Positions 34,200 through 46,739 of a stretch of 64,000 nucleotides of DNA are shown here, piece after piece; positions within the stretch are counted from its first letter, which is position 1, and each line of letters opens with the position of its first letter. Source of the stretch: Eledone cirrhosa (taxonomy: Eukaryota). The position numbers were made by a program, and so were the translations under genes. The notes under the pieces are model-generated. The model made no database searches, was not told the origin of the DNA, and saw only the letters and a program-made list of their open reading frames with translations. Location: the NCBI GenBank assembly GCA_964016885.1, contig OZ024743.1:372062001-372126000 (forward strand), given 5' to 3'.

Positions 34200-37100
34200 A
34201 ATAATGTTTTCTTTATTAACCACAAGGGTTGACACAAAGCAAAACATTAAGGACAGCAGAGGATGGTACAAATGGGCCTTTCTGCATGTAAAATACAAAA
34301 ATATAAAACAAAAACAAAAGATGTAAGGAAAAATTCCTCAATAGAGGGTGACTTCCAAGGGTCCCTTGTGGAGAAAGCCCACAAAAGCCACTGTCACCCT
34401 GACCGCTAGGGCAAGCGCCCTCTCCCAGTTTTCCTCCTACGATACTACAGGCACTCGTTCAGAGCAGCCCCATTCACATGGACCATTCTTGCCTCTCTCA
34501 AGCCACCTTTCAACAAACTGGGTGGAAGGCAGCACTTCTCTCTCCACTGTGATTTTACTGTTCAGGTGAAACCTGAAAAGATTAATGAGGGCGTTGCCAA
34601 AGAGGAAAGTGCTCATCTTCAATCCTTTCAGACATGTCCACCATACAACCTCTTTTACTATGACCACTAAGCAGATAAAAACTGCTTGCCTTTCCTGGTT
34701 AAAGGAAGGAAGCGGGGCAATCTTCACGATGGACTCAGTTGATAGCCGGATCCGTCCTACACACGACCACAGATGTTTGACTTAAACCCACAAGTCAGTG
34801 ATGTTCGGATATTAGATGAGTGCATGCAGGACGGTCTAGTCGCCCCAAGCACATCTCAGACAGGTCTGGCTGACGGCACTTCCATGCCTGTAAAGTTTAT
34901 CTCGAACTGAGAGGCAGGGACTTCTGGAAGTTATCCATGGGCCCTGGACCGAAAGTCTTCCCAAAGGACGTGGTCTCCACTAACCTTCTATAGAATGCCA
35001 AGGTGGAGTTTCCACCAATCTCAGTGCCCGGTTGGCAAAGGGCAGTAAGCGCTTGAAGAGATTTCAGTTTCCAAGTGCTCCCTCTTGATCTTCGTTTGAC
35101 CCAGGACTGCAGCTCCATCAAGGAGATGAGCTGGAGAAAAATGAGCCTAGCAAAAAGTTACCACACCTGTTTACTGTCGAGGAAAATCTGGAGATGTCAT
35201 AGCCTCAGTGCATGTCTGCGCGTCATCAGCCACAGCATGCACAGTCCTCCACGCAGCAGGTGTTGACAGCAGATGAATCACCTGACCATCGGAGCACATC
35301 CCTTCCACAAAAAGCGAAAGAGCAAACACCCCAGTGCAATCAGACAAAGCTTAAGAGAAGACACAATGGTCAGGCGGTAGTAGATAACGATGTGATGTAT
35401 GCGTTCGCCAACTCCATCCGACCTTTCAGGGATAGCTTTCTCTCAGCCCATTTCTGGATAAGAGAGGCCACACTGCTTGTCTCCTCATCCCAGTTTTTGT
35501 CCTCTGTCTGGAGGTCCGGACCAAACCAGCCCCCCTAGCAATTTAACTGGTACTTCCGTCCAGTGCCCGACAAAGCTGTTGGACAGTATGAACCTGCCTC
35601 TCCAGGTGCCCACCAACTCTCTTCCTGGCTAATCATTGTTCCTGTTACTGCCTTGTATTCTCTTAGTGTAGTGCCAATCACCTTGATGTGTTGGCTGCTC
35701 AACACCAATGCGAGATGTCGGCATCTACTGACATGCTTCTCTAACATCCCAGTTCACACGGGATGCCCAACAACCTTTCCAGTTTCTGCAGCAATGGCTT
35801 GAGAGACAGTATGTACAACAGGGACGAGAGGGGAAATCGTTAGTGGACCAAGCGCATGATGTTGAACGGTTCTGAAAGGTGACTGTTCACTCTCACAACA
35901 GAGCATATGTTGCTGTGCATGGCAGCAATCCAGCCTCTGAAGATGGGCTCAAAGCCAGCTGCCCTCAGGACCACCGCCAGATAACGATGGTTGACCCTAT
36001 TGAAAGCTTTTAACTGATCTAAATTGATCAAGGCCTCACCCGTGCTAGGTTCCCTAGCTACCCTCTCCATGATGTATCACATTAGGTGGAGGTTGTTGTG
36101 GATAGATCTGTCAGGAATGGCACATGTCTGTGCTTCCCCCACCAGACCACCAACAACAAGCGCCAACCTCTTTGCTAGCACCTTGGCCAAAATCTTGAAA
36201 TCTGTGTTTAGCAGAGTTATGGGCCTGAAATTTTCTATGTTGTCGCCCTTGTCCGGGTCCTCTCTCAGCAGTGCCACTGCTCCTTGGCTCACAGAGCTTC
36301 GAATTCTCCTGTTCTGCTGCCAGTTACATAGCCATCTGCCAAAACGTCGCTGAACAAATCTGGCATATGAACATAAAACTCATGGAGCAGACCATCCAAA
36401 CCAGGTGATTTACCCATCGTGCAGTCATTGCCTCCCATACTTCAGTGGCTGACAACTGTGGCAGACCATCAAGGTAGGCACTAAAGTTAATTCTGCAATT
36501 CGGCCTGCTGCTGCCCCCGAACAGCTGAGCGAAGTGGCACACATATTTGCTCGGGAGCATCGTGGTTGCCACGACGCACCTCCGCCACTTGAGCCCATTG
36601 AATGGCTTTTGTTCCCTTGTGTCTGAGAGCATGTACCCTAGCTCTGACAACGCAGCATTTGTGCTTTGCATTGATGAATTGGTCGAGAGCCAATCTCGCC
36701 GCAAGCACATTGGTTGCGATGTCTTTACTAAGCGCTTTGTCTAATTTTCTAACTAGTTCCCCCTCTGCTCTATTCTTCTCTATTGATAATGCCTTACTAA
36801 ACCTAATGGACTCTATTCTAATCGCCCTTTTCAGGGTGAACCACCATTTGTTGTTGATGACTGCCCCCATCAATACCCGCTTAACTAATTTGCTAATGTG
36901 GTGATTGTAGACTTTGCGCAATGTGAGCCAGGTCCCCGTCTATGAAGCCTATCTAAGTCGACCACACAGATCACAAATTTGTAGTCTGTGTAGTCAACTA
37001 TCTTGAATTGTAGACACCCTATGCTAAATATATATACTTCTTTACAAAATACCCTATCTAGATACGATCTGGATGATCTGATGCAGTTTGTCCATGTCCA

Positions 37101-38500
37101 TATTGGCACATTCGGGAAATCTAGTCGGTACCTATCAGACAGCTGGAAACGTCTGAGCAGGTTTGCGAGGCTTTTACACTCTCCTCCTCTATCTGCTAGT
37201 CCCACACAGTCCCAGCGTACATCCAAGATCCCGTTCCAATCACCCACTAACATTAAAGAGTAGGACATTCCTAAGAAGGTCTCCAGTCGCCTGAAGAAAT
37301 CAGGGCGTCCTTCTGATTGATTCCACAATGATGTCTTTGTATATCCTTCTGGAGTGTCATTGGGAGAGTTTCCTTTTAGAGTTGTGTATGATTTTTGTGA
37401 GATGGGTGTTATTTGTATGTGTGGCTGGTGTGAATTTTTGGGATGTTGTGTAGTTTTTCTCTGTGATGCTGGTGTTGTGTTGGATGTAGTGTAATAATTG
37501 TTTATTGTTCATGTTTAAAGCTGTGTAGTGTGTTTCAGTTTTGTCGTTTTGTTGTGGTTGCACAGTTTGGGTGGTGGTGGTGTTGATGTCTTAACTTTTT
37601 TATTTTTTTGTTTATTTGTTTCATCCCCTTTTTTGAGGGCAAAAGAAGAGAGTTCTTTCTTTTCTTCTTGTTTTTTTTATGGTTTTCCACCCTTCCTTCT
37701 TGTCACAATCCATCTCCTCTTGTGAGAGGTCGAGGAGTGGAATGTCCTCCATAGACGTTGGTGTTGCTTGTGGTGTGGTGGATAGTGGTGGCACTAGTGT
37801 TACTTCTGGCATGGTGGGTGGTGGTGCTCTTGTTACCATTGCTGAGATGTGGCTGCCGTCATCGAGGTCTATCACCTCTGGAATCTCCTGGATGTTCTGG
37901 TCCGCTTGGATCATGAGCTCTTCATTCTTTAGTAGAGACATAGAGTGCTCTCTGGCTTCTTGTGGCGTTGCATAGAACACCTCCATAGTCCCATACCTTA
38001 GTCCACATGTGATGTGGGTTTTTTGAGCCCACACATGTCCCAAAGTCTTTTGAATCTGGGACTCGGATGCCTGTTGCACTCGGTGTGTCTTTGTGTTAAT
38101 TGTACGGTATGATACTGAACATAGCCACCAGTGTTCTATGGTATTTGATGGAGGAGTGAGGCTGACCCTGTATCCATTCTTTTCTACTATTCGGCTGGCC
38201 TCATTCTTGCTTGCTGCTCTGGCAAAAGTGACATTTGGTCTTGCGTAGCTGTTGCTGTCGTTGTTCATGTTGTTGGATGTGATTGCTGACATTGTGGTGG
38301 TAGGGATTGCAACTGTTCACATTTTTTAAATGTCATTGGCAATGGTGGGAATTGTAATTCATCTGTAGCAAGGGATAATTTGTTTTTGGTTATTGTTGTT
38401 GTTGCTGCTGGTGATACTGGTGTTGATGCTATTGGTAGTGGAAGTGGCAGTGGTAGTGTTTGTACTTGTGTTGTTTTATTCAATGTAGTGGTGATGAAAA
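34200..38500 (-). mobile_element. Degenerate Tx1/L1-clade LINE (ORF1 remnant, APE, RT)
   Basis: MLVGDWNGILD, WTWT...SYLDRVF, NFRPITLLNTDFKILAKVLAKRL..QTCAIPDRSIHNNL, LINLDQLKAFNRVNH; upstream ORF 37621-38292. Confidence 0.85.
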
Positions 38501-38629
38501 TTCTTCATTGCTGCTGCTAGTTAAATTTTATCACACCTGGGATTGACATTGCTGCTGATTGAGAACTCTTGATTAAACATACGCTGTTTCTTTTCGCAGT
38601 GATAAATAATCAAATAATAATAATAATGG

Positions 38630-39040
38630 TTTCTTATATAGGTACAAGGCCAGCAATTTTGGAGGAGGGGAAAGTCAATTAAATCGACTCCAATGCGTGA
38701 CTGGTACTTTATTTTATCAACGCTGTAAGGATGAAAAGCAAAGTTAACCTTGGTGGGATTTGAACTCAGATCATAAAGGGCCGTAACTCTATGCTGCAAA
38801 GCATGGCATCCAACTCTCTACTGATACTGCCCATCCACTGCCCTAATAATAATAATAATAATAATTGTTTCTACTTTTTGCACAAGGCCAGCAATTAGCC
38901 AAGTGCATTACTGGTGCTTTATTTTATCGACGCTGTAAGGATGAAAGGCAAAGTTAACCTCGGTGGGATTTGAACTCAGATCGTAAAGGACCCTAACTCT
39001 ATGCTGCAAAAGCATGGCATCTGAACCTCTACCGATACGA
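38630..39040 (-). mobile_element. Two Nin-domain SINEs separated by (AAT)n (further copies at about 39884-40068, 43608-43730, 62430-62640)
   Basis: Same core as 614-1020. Confidence 0.75.
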
Positions 39041-39266
39041 CCATAATAGTAGCCATAGTGACTTCAAAGGAAAATGAGGCATCAACCTATTTATAGACTG
39101 ATGTTGCTGACCTTGAACCAGTAAAAAAAAAAGCTCTCAGGAACATGAAACAAATCGCTTTGAATATCATCATCCACAGATGACACCCATGCCATCACCA
39201 CAGAAAAATGTAACAATTTCAAAAAATGTTGCCACCATAACTGCCACTGCCTTTGTGGAATAATAA

Positions 39267-39878
39267 TCTATATTATAAAAAAAGAATTGTTCCTGTCAGT
39301 CTGTCTGTCACACTTGTATGTATGTATATAAATATATATATATATCGACAGTCGATCGACTTTCGTTAGACCCAGGAAACAATGTTTCCATTGGTCTTTC
39401 CAATTGCTAATACTATCTGTCAGTCGCAAATCTGGGAATCGACTCACAACCTCACAATTGTGAATCCAATTCTCTAACCACTCAGCCACACACACGCCTT
39501 CACTATATATAATTCACATTTTATATACATATAGAGGCAAAGCAACACAAACTTTAAAAAAGACTTTCACTATAAAGACAGGTTGTTGATGTTGTTGTTG
39601 TTAAGAGAGGGGTGGGGGTGGGTGGGTGAGAAAGATAGATAGGTAGTGAATGTTTTCACCATAGTAATGCAGGATCTTTAACTGCAAGTCTGTCAACATG
39701 TGTGGAACAAATATGTGTGTGTTTGTTTCTGTCAACATATAGACAATGCAAAACAGACTTAAAAACCATTTTGACATTTGTCAGTCACACTTATATATAT
39801 AATACATATAGATATTTATTTTACTATTTGTGCATGTGTGTATTTTACTGGCAACATAAACGACAGGTAACAACCTAG
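39267..39878 (+). mobile_element. Probable non-autonomous Helitron
   Basis: A|TCTATATT 5' end, GTCTGTCTGTC microsatellite near the 5' end, CTAG|T 3' end. Confidence 0.5.
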
Positions 39879-40189
39879 TAATAATTGTTTCTACTTTTGA
39901 CACAAGGCCAGCAATTACTGCATTACTGGTACTTTATTTTATCGACCCCATAAGGATGAAAGGCAAAGTTAACATCGGCGGGATTTGAACTCAGACTATA
40001 AAGGGACGTAACTATGCTAGAAAGCATGGTGTCCAACCCTCTACCGATACTGTCAATCCACCACCCTTGTGATAATGATAATAATAGTGTCCAGCACTGC
40101 ATAGTCCACCTTAGTTCTCTAGTGAAGGTTTCACTACAAAAATACTAGTGGTAGTGCAACCTTAAACTCATTAATCCCCTTTAAGAGTG

Positions 40190-43100
40190 CTTAAATGTTG
40201 AATCTAAGTACTTCAAATAATGGTGTAAAGGAGGCTGGAACTTCATGTGAAGGGCTCTCATCCAGCAAGTGTTCCTTGGCCCAGCAGCAGGAACCTAGCC
40301 ATCTAACTACTGCTGTTGTTGGAAGAAGAAGGGTCTAGGCAAGAACCAACTGGACGAAGGAATTGAATAAAACTGTAATGAAACGTTATCTGAAAGGCAA
40401 CAAATGCATAAAATCTGGAGCAATATTGGTATATTTGAATCAGGTGAACAAAAACTAGAGGGTCAGGTTCATGGAATAAGAACTAATGGATGGATAAGCA
40501 AGTTGGAATTGGAGGAACTGAGCAGAGAGATTGAGTTGGAAATAGAGAGTGGAGTATATAAGGTAAACGAGCCAGTGGAAAATGAGGATGAAATGGTTAT
40601 GAGACTTGAGGAAGTAACCGAAGAAGACAATGATCTAATGGTTCAGATAAATAATATCTGGAGTAAAGATACAGCCATTGAGAAAATGAACGCTAACGGG
40701 CTAGGGCAAGATTTTGTTGATATTCTGAGTTTAATGGTGGATGAAATGAATAAGAATAGTGGAAAACCTATGAATCTAAGATTTGTAGACAGCAAAAAGT
40801 TAAAAGAAATGACAGCTAAGGTAAACAAGGTTGCTCCATACCTTTAGGCAAATAACCTTCACCAATGCAACAACATCTTCAAAGCAGCTGCAAATGTGGT
40901 GAAAAAATTGCTTGGTATCAAAATGGAGGAAAACAGATGAGAAAGGACAGAACCTTGGTGGAAGAAGCAGTTGAAAGGTCAAATCAAGGAAATAAGAAAG
41001 GGCATCGAGTCGGGAAACTCAAGTTTTTATTAAACGGTACATTACAAAACATAGATGCTAAGGGTAGATTGACAAGGAAATACAACACAAAGAGAAAGGA
41101 CAATGTTATAATAGAGGAACTAAAGCAACATGTCATAGCCAAAAGTACAAAAATTAAAAGATGTTATTTGAACAGCTTGAAGGGAAAGAAAGAAGCAACG
41201 ATACTATCACTGAGGCTGAACAGACCAACTCATTTTAGAAAGGGATTTGCGAGCAGTATGTTGAATATAATAGTCGTATTGAGAGAGTTAAAAAGGAGAC
41301 TAATGAATAAGCACACCAACAACCTGATTTGCGTATCTTGGTTGAAACCCTTAAAAAGCAGGCCAATAAATTAACCAACTGGATATCACCAGGCCCAGAT
41401 GGTGTGCAAGGATATTGGACTAAGAATATAACATCTCTCTGCCCGTTACTGACGGCCATGTTCAACAACTGCTTGATGTTGGGTGAAGTACCGAAGTGGT
41501 TGACAAAAGGTACCACAGTTCTGGTAATGAAAGACCAAGCCAAGCGGAATGACATTGCCAACTATAGGCCTATCATATGTCTGTCCTTGATGTCGAAATT
41601 GCTAACAAGCATTGTGTCTGAGGAAATCTACCACCACCTCGACATAAACAACATATAGCTAGAGGAAGAGAAAGGATGCTGAAAGAAGTCCTGTGGTACA
41701 AAAGACCAATTGACAAGATGATAATAAGGAACTGCAAGAGGAGGTATACTGGTCTTGCCATGGGATGGATAGATTACAAGAAGGCATTTGACATGGTTCT
41801 TCCTTCTTGGATAACGAAGTGCCTTGAAATCTTCAAGATGGCAGACAACATCAGACTGCTATTAAGTAATAACATGAAGAACTGGGAGATAGAAAATCAA
41901 GAGAGGTATCTTCCAAGGAGATAGTCTGTTTCCTTTATTGTTTGTTCTTACCCTCATACCCCTGTCTTTCATAATGCAAAGAGTGAAGGCAGGATATGAA
42001 CTGGGAAGAGGAAAGCTTACCATCAACCATCTCCTCTTCATGGAGGACTTAAAACTCTTCAGGAAGAGTGAGAAGGAGTTGGATGTACTGTCCGTATTTT
42101 CAGCAATGATCTGTGTATAGAATTTGGTGTTAATAAGTGTGAAGTACTAGTAATAAAGAGGGGTAAATTAATTAGAAGCAAAGGAATTGTGGTACCAACA
42201 GGTGAGATGATAAAGGAGATAGACACTGAAGAGGGATATAGGTATTCTGGAGGCAGATAAAATTGAAGGAGGTAAGATTTGAATACATAAGGAGAGTAAG
42301 AACAATACTAAAATCACATCTGAATAGTAGGAATGCCATAAGTGCAATAAATTCCCAAGCTGTGTCTATTATTAGGTAGGATGAAAGGCAAAGTCAATCC
42401 CGCCGAGGTTGACTTTGCCTTTCATCCTTACGGGGTCGATAAAATAAAGTACCAGTAATGCACTGGGTAATTGCTGGCCTTGTGCCAAAAAGTAGAAACA
42501 ATTATTAGGTACAGTGTGGGAATTCTTAAATGGAATGTAAATGAACAAAAAGAACTGGATAGAAAAACAAGGAAATTAATGACTACCTACAGTATGTTTC
42601 ATAAGAAGGGTGATGATAGAATGTACTTAAAGAAAGCTGAAGGCAGGAGAGGTGTTTTCAGCATGGAGAACAGTGTTCAGATTGAAAAGAACTGTTTACA
42701 TAAATATGTATCTGAGAGTAACAAGTCAATGCTTACGGCTGTATAGAAGGAAGAAATAATAGACTAGGGGATGTCCAAGAAAGAAGTATTGAGGAAAAAC
42801 AACCTGAATAAAAAGGCCCTTCATAGCCCCTAAAAAGAAAACAAAATTTAGAGATCTGCAAATATGGGACTGGTTAAAGGGGGACCTTAAGAAAGCTACC
42901 GGATGCACAGCAAACACTTATAATGAAGTGGATGAAACATCATATTGACAAGGGGGAAGCTAGCCTGCTCTGTAAGATCTGTGGGGAGAGAGGAAACTCT
43001 GGCTCACACTATTAAGTGTAAACACCTAGCTCAAACTCATTATAAAGAATGGAGGTATGATATGATAGGAAAAGTGATGGAATGGCATTTATGCAAACTA

Positions 43101-43600
43101 AATAATTTACCACATCTGAGAAGTGCTTTGAGCATAAACCAGAGTCGGTGATAGAAAATCATTAGGTGAAGGTGCTGTGGGATCTCAGGATACAAACAGA
43201 TAAAGAATTAGAAAACAGTAGGTCTGACCTGGTGGTTTTGACAAAGAACACATATGTTGCTTGATTATAGATGTAGCTTGCACCTTTGTTACAAGAGTGC
43301 AAGAAAAGGAGAAGGAGAAAATTAACCAGTACCAGGATCTAAAATGGGAACTGAAAAGGATTTAGGAGTGTCATGAAATCAATGTTGTCCCCATCGTCAC
43401 AGGAGCACTAAGTACTGTTTCGAAGAGATTCCAAAGTTGGCTAAAGGCCATTAGCCTAGCCACCTTTTTTGGAACACATCCATGCCTACTGGGAACAGCA
43501 AGGACCCTCTAATATGTCTTGAATATCTGAGGCTGCAGGTAGCAGAGTAATGGGCAATTTTCTGGTTAAATAATATCAATGACTGTGATATCAAATTAAT
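40190..43600 (+). mobile_element. Long degenerate Dong/R4-like LINE
   Basis: NWISPGPDGVQGYW.K, NYRPIICL, WIDYKKAFDMV, GIFQGDSL.PLLF, INHLLFMEDLKLF, ELDRKTRKLM, LWDLRIQTD....SDL....LIIDVAC; (AAT)n on both sides. Confidence 0.87.
42379..42500 (+). mobile_element. 5'-truncated, 5'-inverted Nin SINE with TSD ATTATTAGGTA
   Basis: Hairpin AGGATGAAAGGCAAAGTCAA...TTGACTTTGCCTTTCATCCT; direct repeats at 42368 and 42501. Confidence 0.8.
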
Positions 43601-43809
43601 AATAATAATTGTTTCTACTTTTGGTACAAGGCCAGCAATTATCCCAGTGCATTACTGGTACTTTATTTTATCAACCCCGTAAGGATGAAAGGCAAAGTTA
43701 ACCACGGCAAGATTTGAACTCAGACCGCAAATGGTTGTTATGGCTTCAGATTTCGATGGGAGGGTATAGTTAATTAAATCTATCACAGTACTTCATCAAC
43801 ACTGTGAGT

Positions 43810-44157
43810 GTGTATAGGGTAAAGACCCTCTTCGGTCATGAATGACCATGGGATTTGCACCTAGAAAGTTCCCCTCCAAGCCACAAATCCAGGCAAGGTT
43901 GTTTGTGGAAGATCAGCAGTCGCCCATGCATACCAGTCTCCTCTTTCCACACCACCGATGTTGTCCAAGGGAAAGGCTATGGCCGATACAGTTTGTAACC
44001 AGTGACGTCGCAACTCATTTCTGCAGCTGAGTGAGTGAACTGGAGTAACGTGAAATAAAGTGTCTTGCTCAAGAACACAATGCAAAACCCGGTCCGAGAA
44101 TTGAATTCACTACCTCACGATTGTAAGCCCAACACTCTGACCACTAAGCCATATGCC
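43810..44157 (-). mobile_element. tRNA-derived SINE (CCTTGAGCAAGACAC family) with a different tail
   Basis: The reverse strand has TGGCTTAGTGG, GAATTCAATTC and TTCTTGAGCAAGACACTTTATTTCAC. Confidence 0.75.
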
Positions 44158-44929
44158 TAGAATAGATACCCTATAACCTGAGTGAAAGGCAACTAAAATG
44201 GTTAGTTCCAGGGATGGTATTAAGCCACAAAAGATTTCTTCAAAAAAAGAGCCTCATGACGCGCATGAAACCTTTCACGAGGCCCACAAAGGCTAATTAC
44301 TTTTTTAGCAAGGAAAATAACCTTAAAACATTTGATTCTGCTGTGGTTGCTGCTGCTGCTGCTACAGTACTGCACCAATATTTAATTTTATAAAAGAGGA
44401 AAAATCAGTGTCGGCCTCAGTAGAATTAGGGCTCAGACGATAAACAGCATGACTAAAATATTGCAATGTTTTGTCCACCACTAAACAATTATATCAGTAC
44501 TTCACTGATATTTATTTAAACTAACAAGGAAGCCTCTACCTGGTCACCTGATGTGCTAGATAATCTTCCTAGTATATATATATAGTGTGTATATTGATAT
44601 ACGCAAATAGATCGGAGGTAATCCGATAGGATATTTATGACATAGGTCTTTCCTGTACCTGCACTTGCATTCAAGCAGAAATGCCCTAAAAAAGGAAAGA
44701 TACACTGGATAATGTAGCCATAGATGAAGGTAGGCTAGAACGCCTTTCAAAACGGGTCTAAATTCAAACTCAGAAAATAAGGTGTAATTACATATGACAA
44801 AGTACATATTCGGCTGCTCTAATGCTTCTACAATGCACATATCAAAACCACTTCACTAATGATAACATTAAACTTTCACTGCTATCAGTTATCAAACTTA
44901 GATTGCTACTTGTGATATGATCTATATTA

Positions 44930-46264
44930 TCTATATACCTAAAACAGAGAATGTTTGTCTGTCTGCCAGTTCATTGTTTTCAAACTTTACACATGTAAAA
45001 CTTATGGTCCTGTGAGTGTTTTGAGGAAAAAATTCGAATTTTCCATGCACTAGGGAAAAAAATTAGAGATAAGAGGGATCAGATGTTGTTTACTCGAGAG
45101 AAGGCTACGTTGGTATGGACACGTGATGCGCATGAAAGTCGATAGCTGTATAACAAAGTGCAGGGCAATAAAGATAGACGGTAGTCACGGAATAGGCGGA
45201 CCTAGAAAAACCTGGGATAGCTGATAAACTCCGACATCACACACTTACACCTCTCCAAGACAATGTCACTGGACCGAGACCTTTGGCGGTACTCAGTAAC
45301 AGAGAAGACCCGCCTTACCTAAATATATAGTAAAACCTACTCCAGCCAGTAGGCATCTCTAACAAAATACCTCCCCCCCCCCGTCCCGCCACCACCCCCA
45401 CCCCATCCACACCACCCCATTCTATGTAAAGTTATGTTGGTGCCGCGCCATCCAGGCCGAAACAAATGAGATCGTGTAGGTGTCACGACAAAAAACACAC
45501 AGTCCACGCTGTAATGTGGCCGTGTAGGCAACACGGTAAAAACCTCCCAGACCCACACTGTAAATGTGGTTGGTGTTAGGAAGGGCATCCAACTGTAGAA
45601 AACCTGCCAGACAGTCCTATGCGAGCAAGACAATCACTCTTGCCTCAAGTGGGACTACCCCCGTCCAAACCCATGCTAGCGTGGAACACGGACGTTAAAC
45701 GTTGATGATGATGATGATGATGATGATAGGGACTGCATTAGACGATTTAGCAATCTCTCTCTATAACTCTTAGTCTTTCTCTTTTTAGAGAGATACATAG
45801 ATATAATGTTGTGCCCATATAATATCTGTCTGTATGTCTAGCTGTCTGCATTACGACATTATGACGTGGTGTGTGTGTGTATATAAATGTATATATAGTG
45901 TGTGAATATATATATATATAGTGTGTAACGTTTTTCGAAATATTTACTTCTGTGTTCACAGATTGATTTTTTTAGTTTCAGAAGATCCCGTTAAGGGTGA
46001 AAGCAGCGATTCTTCGCTTAAACTTTAATCTGTTATTTTAATATATATATAATTATATATTCATGTACAGATTTTTTGCATACACAATAACAAAATATAA
46101 ACAAACGTATTTATTTCACGAGGCTCAACAACAGCAAAAACAACAACAAAAAAGAGAGGGCACGCAATTACATGCTTTTGAAAAATCTTAATGGAAAATG
46201 ATTTGCCTTTTCACCGAAGGCGACTATGTTTAGAAGAACCACCCTTCGAGCAGTTTTCTGCTAG
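44930..46264 (+). mobile_element. Probable non-autonomous Helitron interrupted by an RTE fragment
   Basis: A|TCTATATA start, GTCTGTCTG near the 5' end, decayed hairpin AACCACCCTTCGAGCAGTT followed by CTAG|T. Confidence 0.55.
45050..45727 (+). mobile_element. RTE LINE 3' fragment
   Basis: RGIRCCLLERRLRWYGHVMRMK; same subfamily as 51011 and 54350; (GAT)n tail. Confidence 0.88.
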
Positions 46265-46739
46265 TATATATAGTGTGCATATTGATATACACAAATATAT
46301 ATACACATAGATATGATATGTAAATTGACAATATGCACATAAACTGAACAAAGACTGTGTTACACTTATGTCTGTAATCAGTAAAGTAATCCATGATACA
46401 TTTAAAAAAAAGGCGATAATGGAGATGGAAAAGCGATGAAACTGTTGACAGAAAATGTTCATGAATCTTCACTTGAGAATGTCGATGGGAAGCTTCAAGC
46501 AGTGAATTTGAAAATAGATGCTGCTGGTATGAATGAATGAATTACATTTACCAATATGAAGTGTTGACCTTCGCTATATTGTTGGTCTACTGTATTCACA
46601 TATAGACTTCGTAAGTTTTTGTAGTGTCTCTTTTCTAGCAGTTAAAAAGAAACTGAAATACATTTCAACTAAAAGAGAGTGACAGCTGTTTCACATCACT
46701 GTAGAGTTTCTTTGTAGACACAATTGTCAGCAAACAGAC

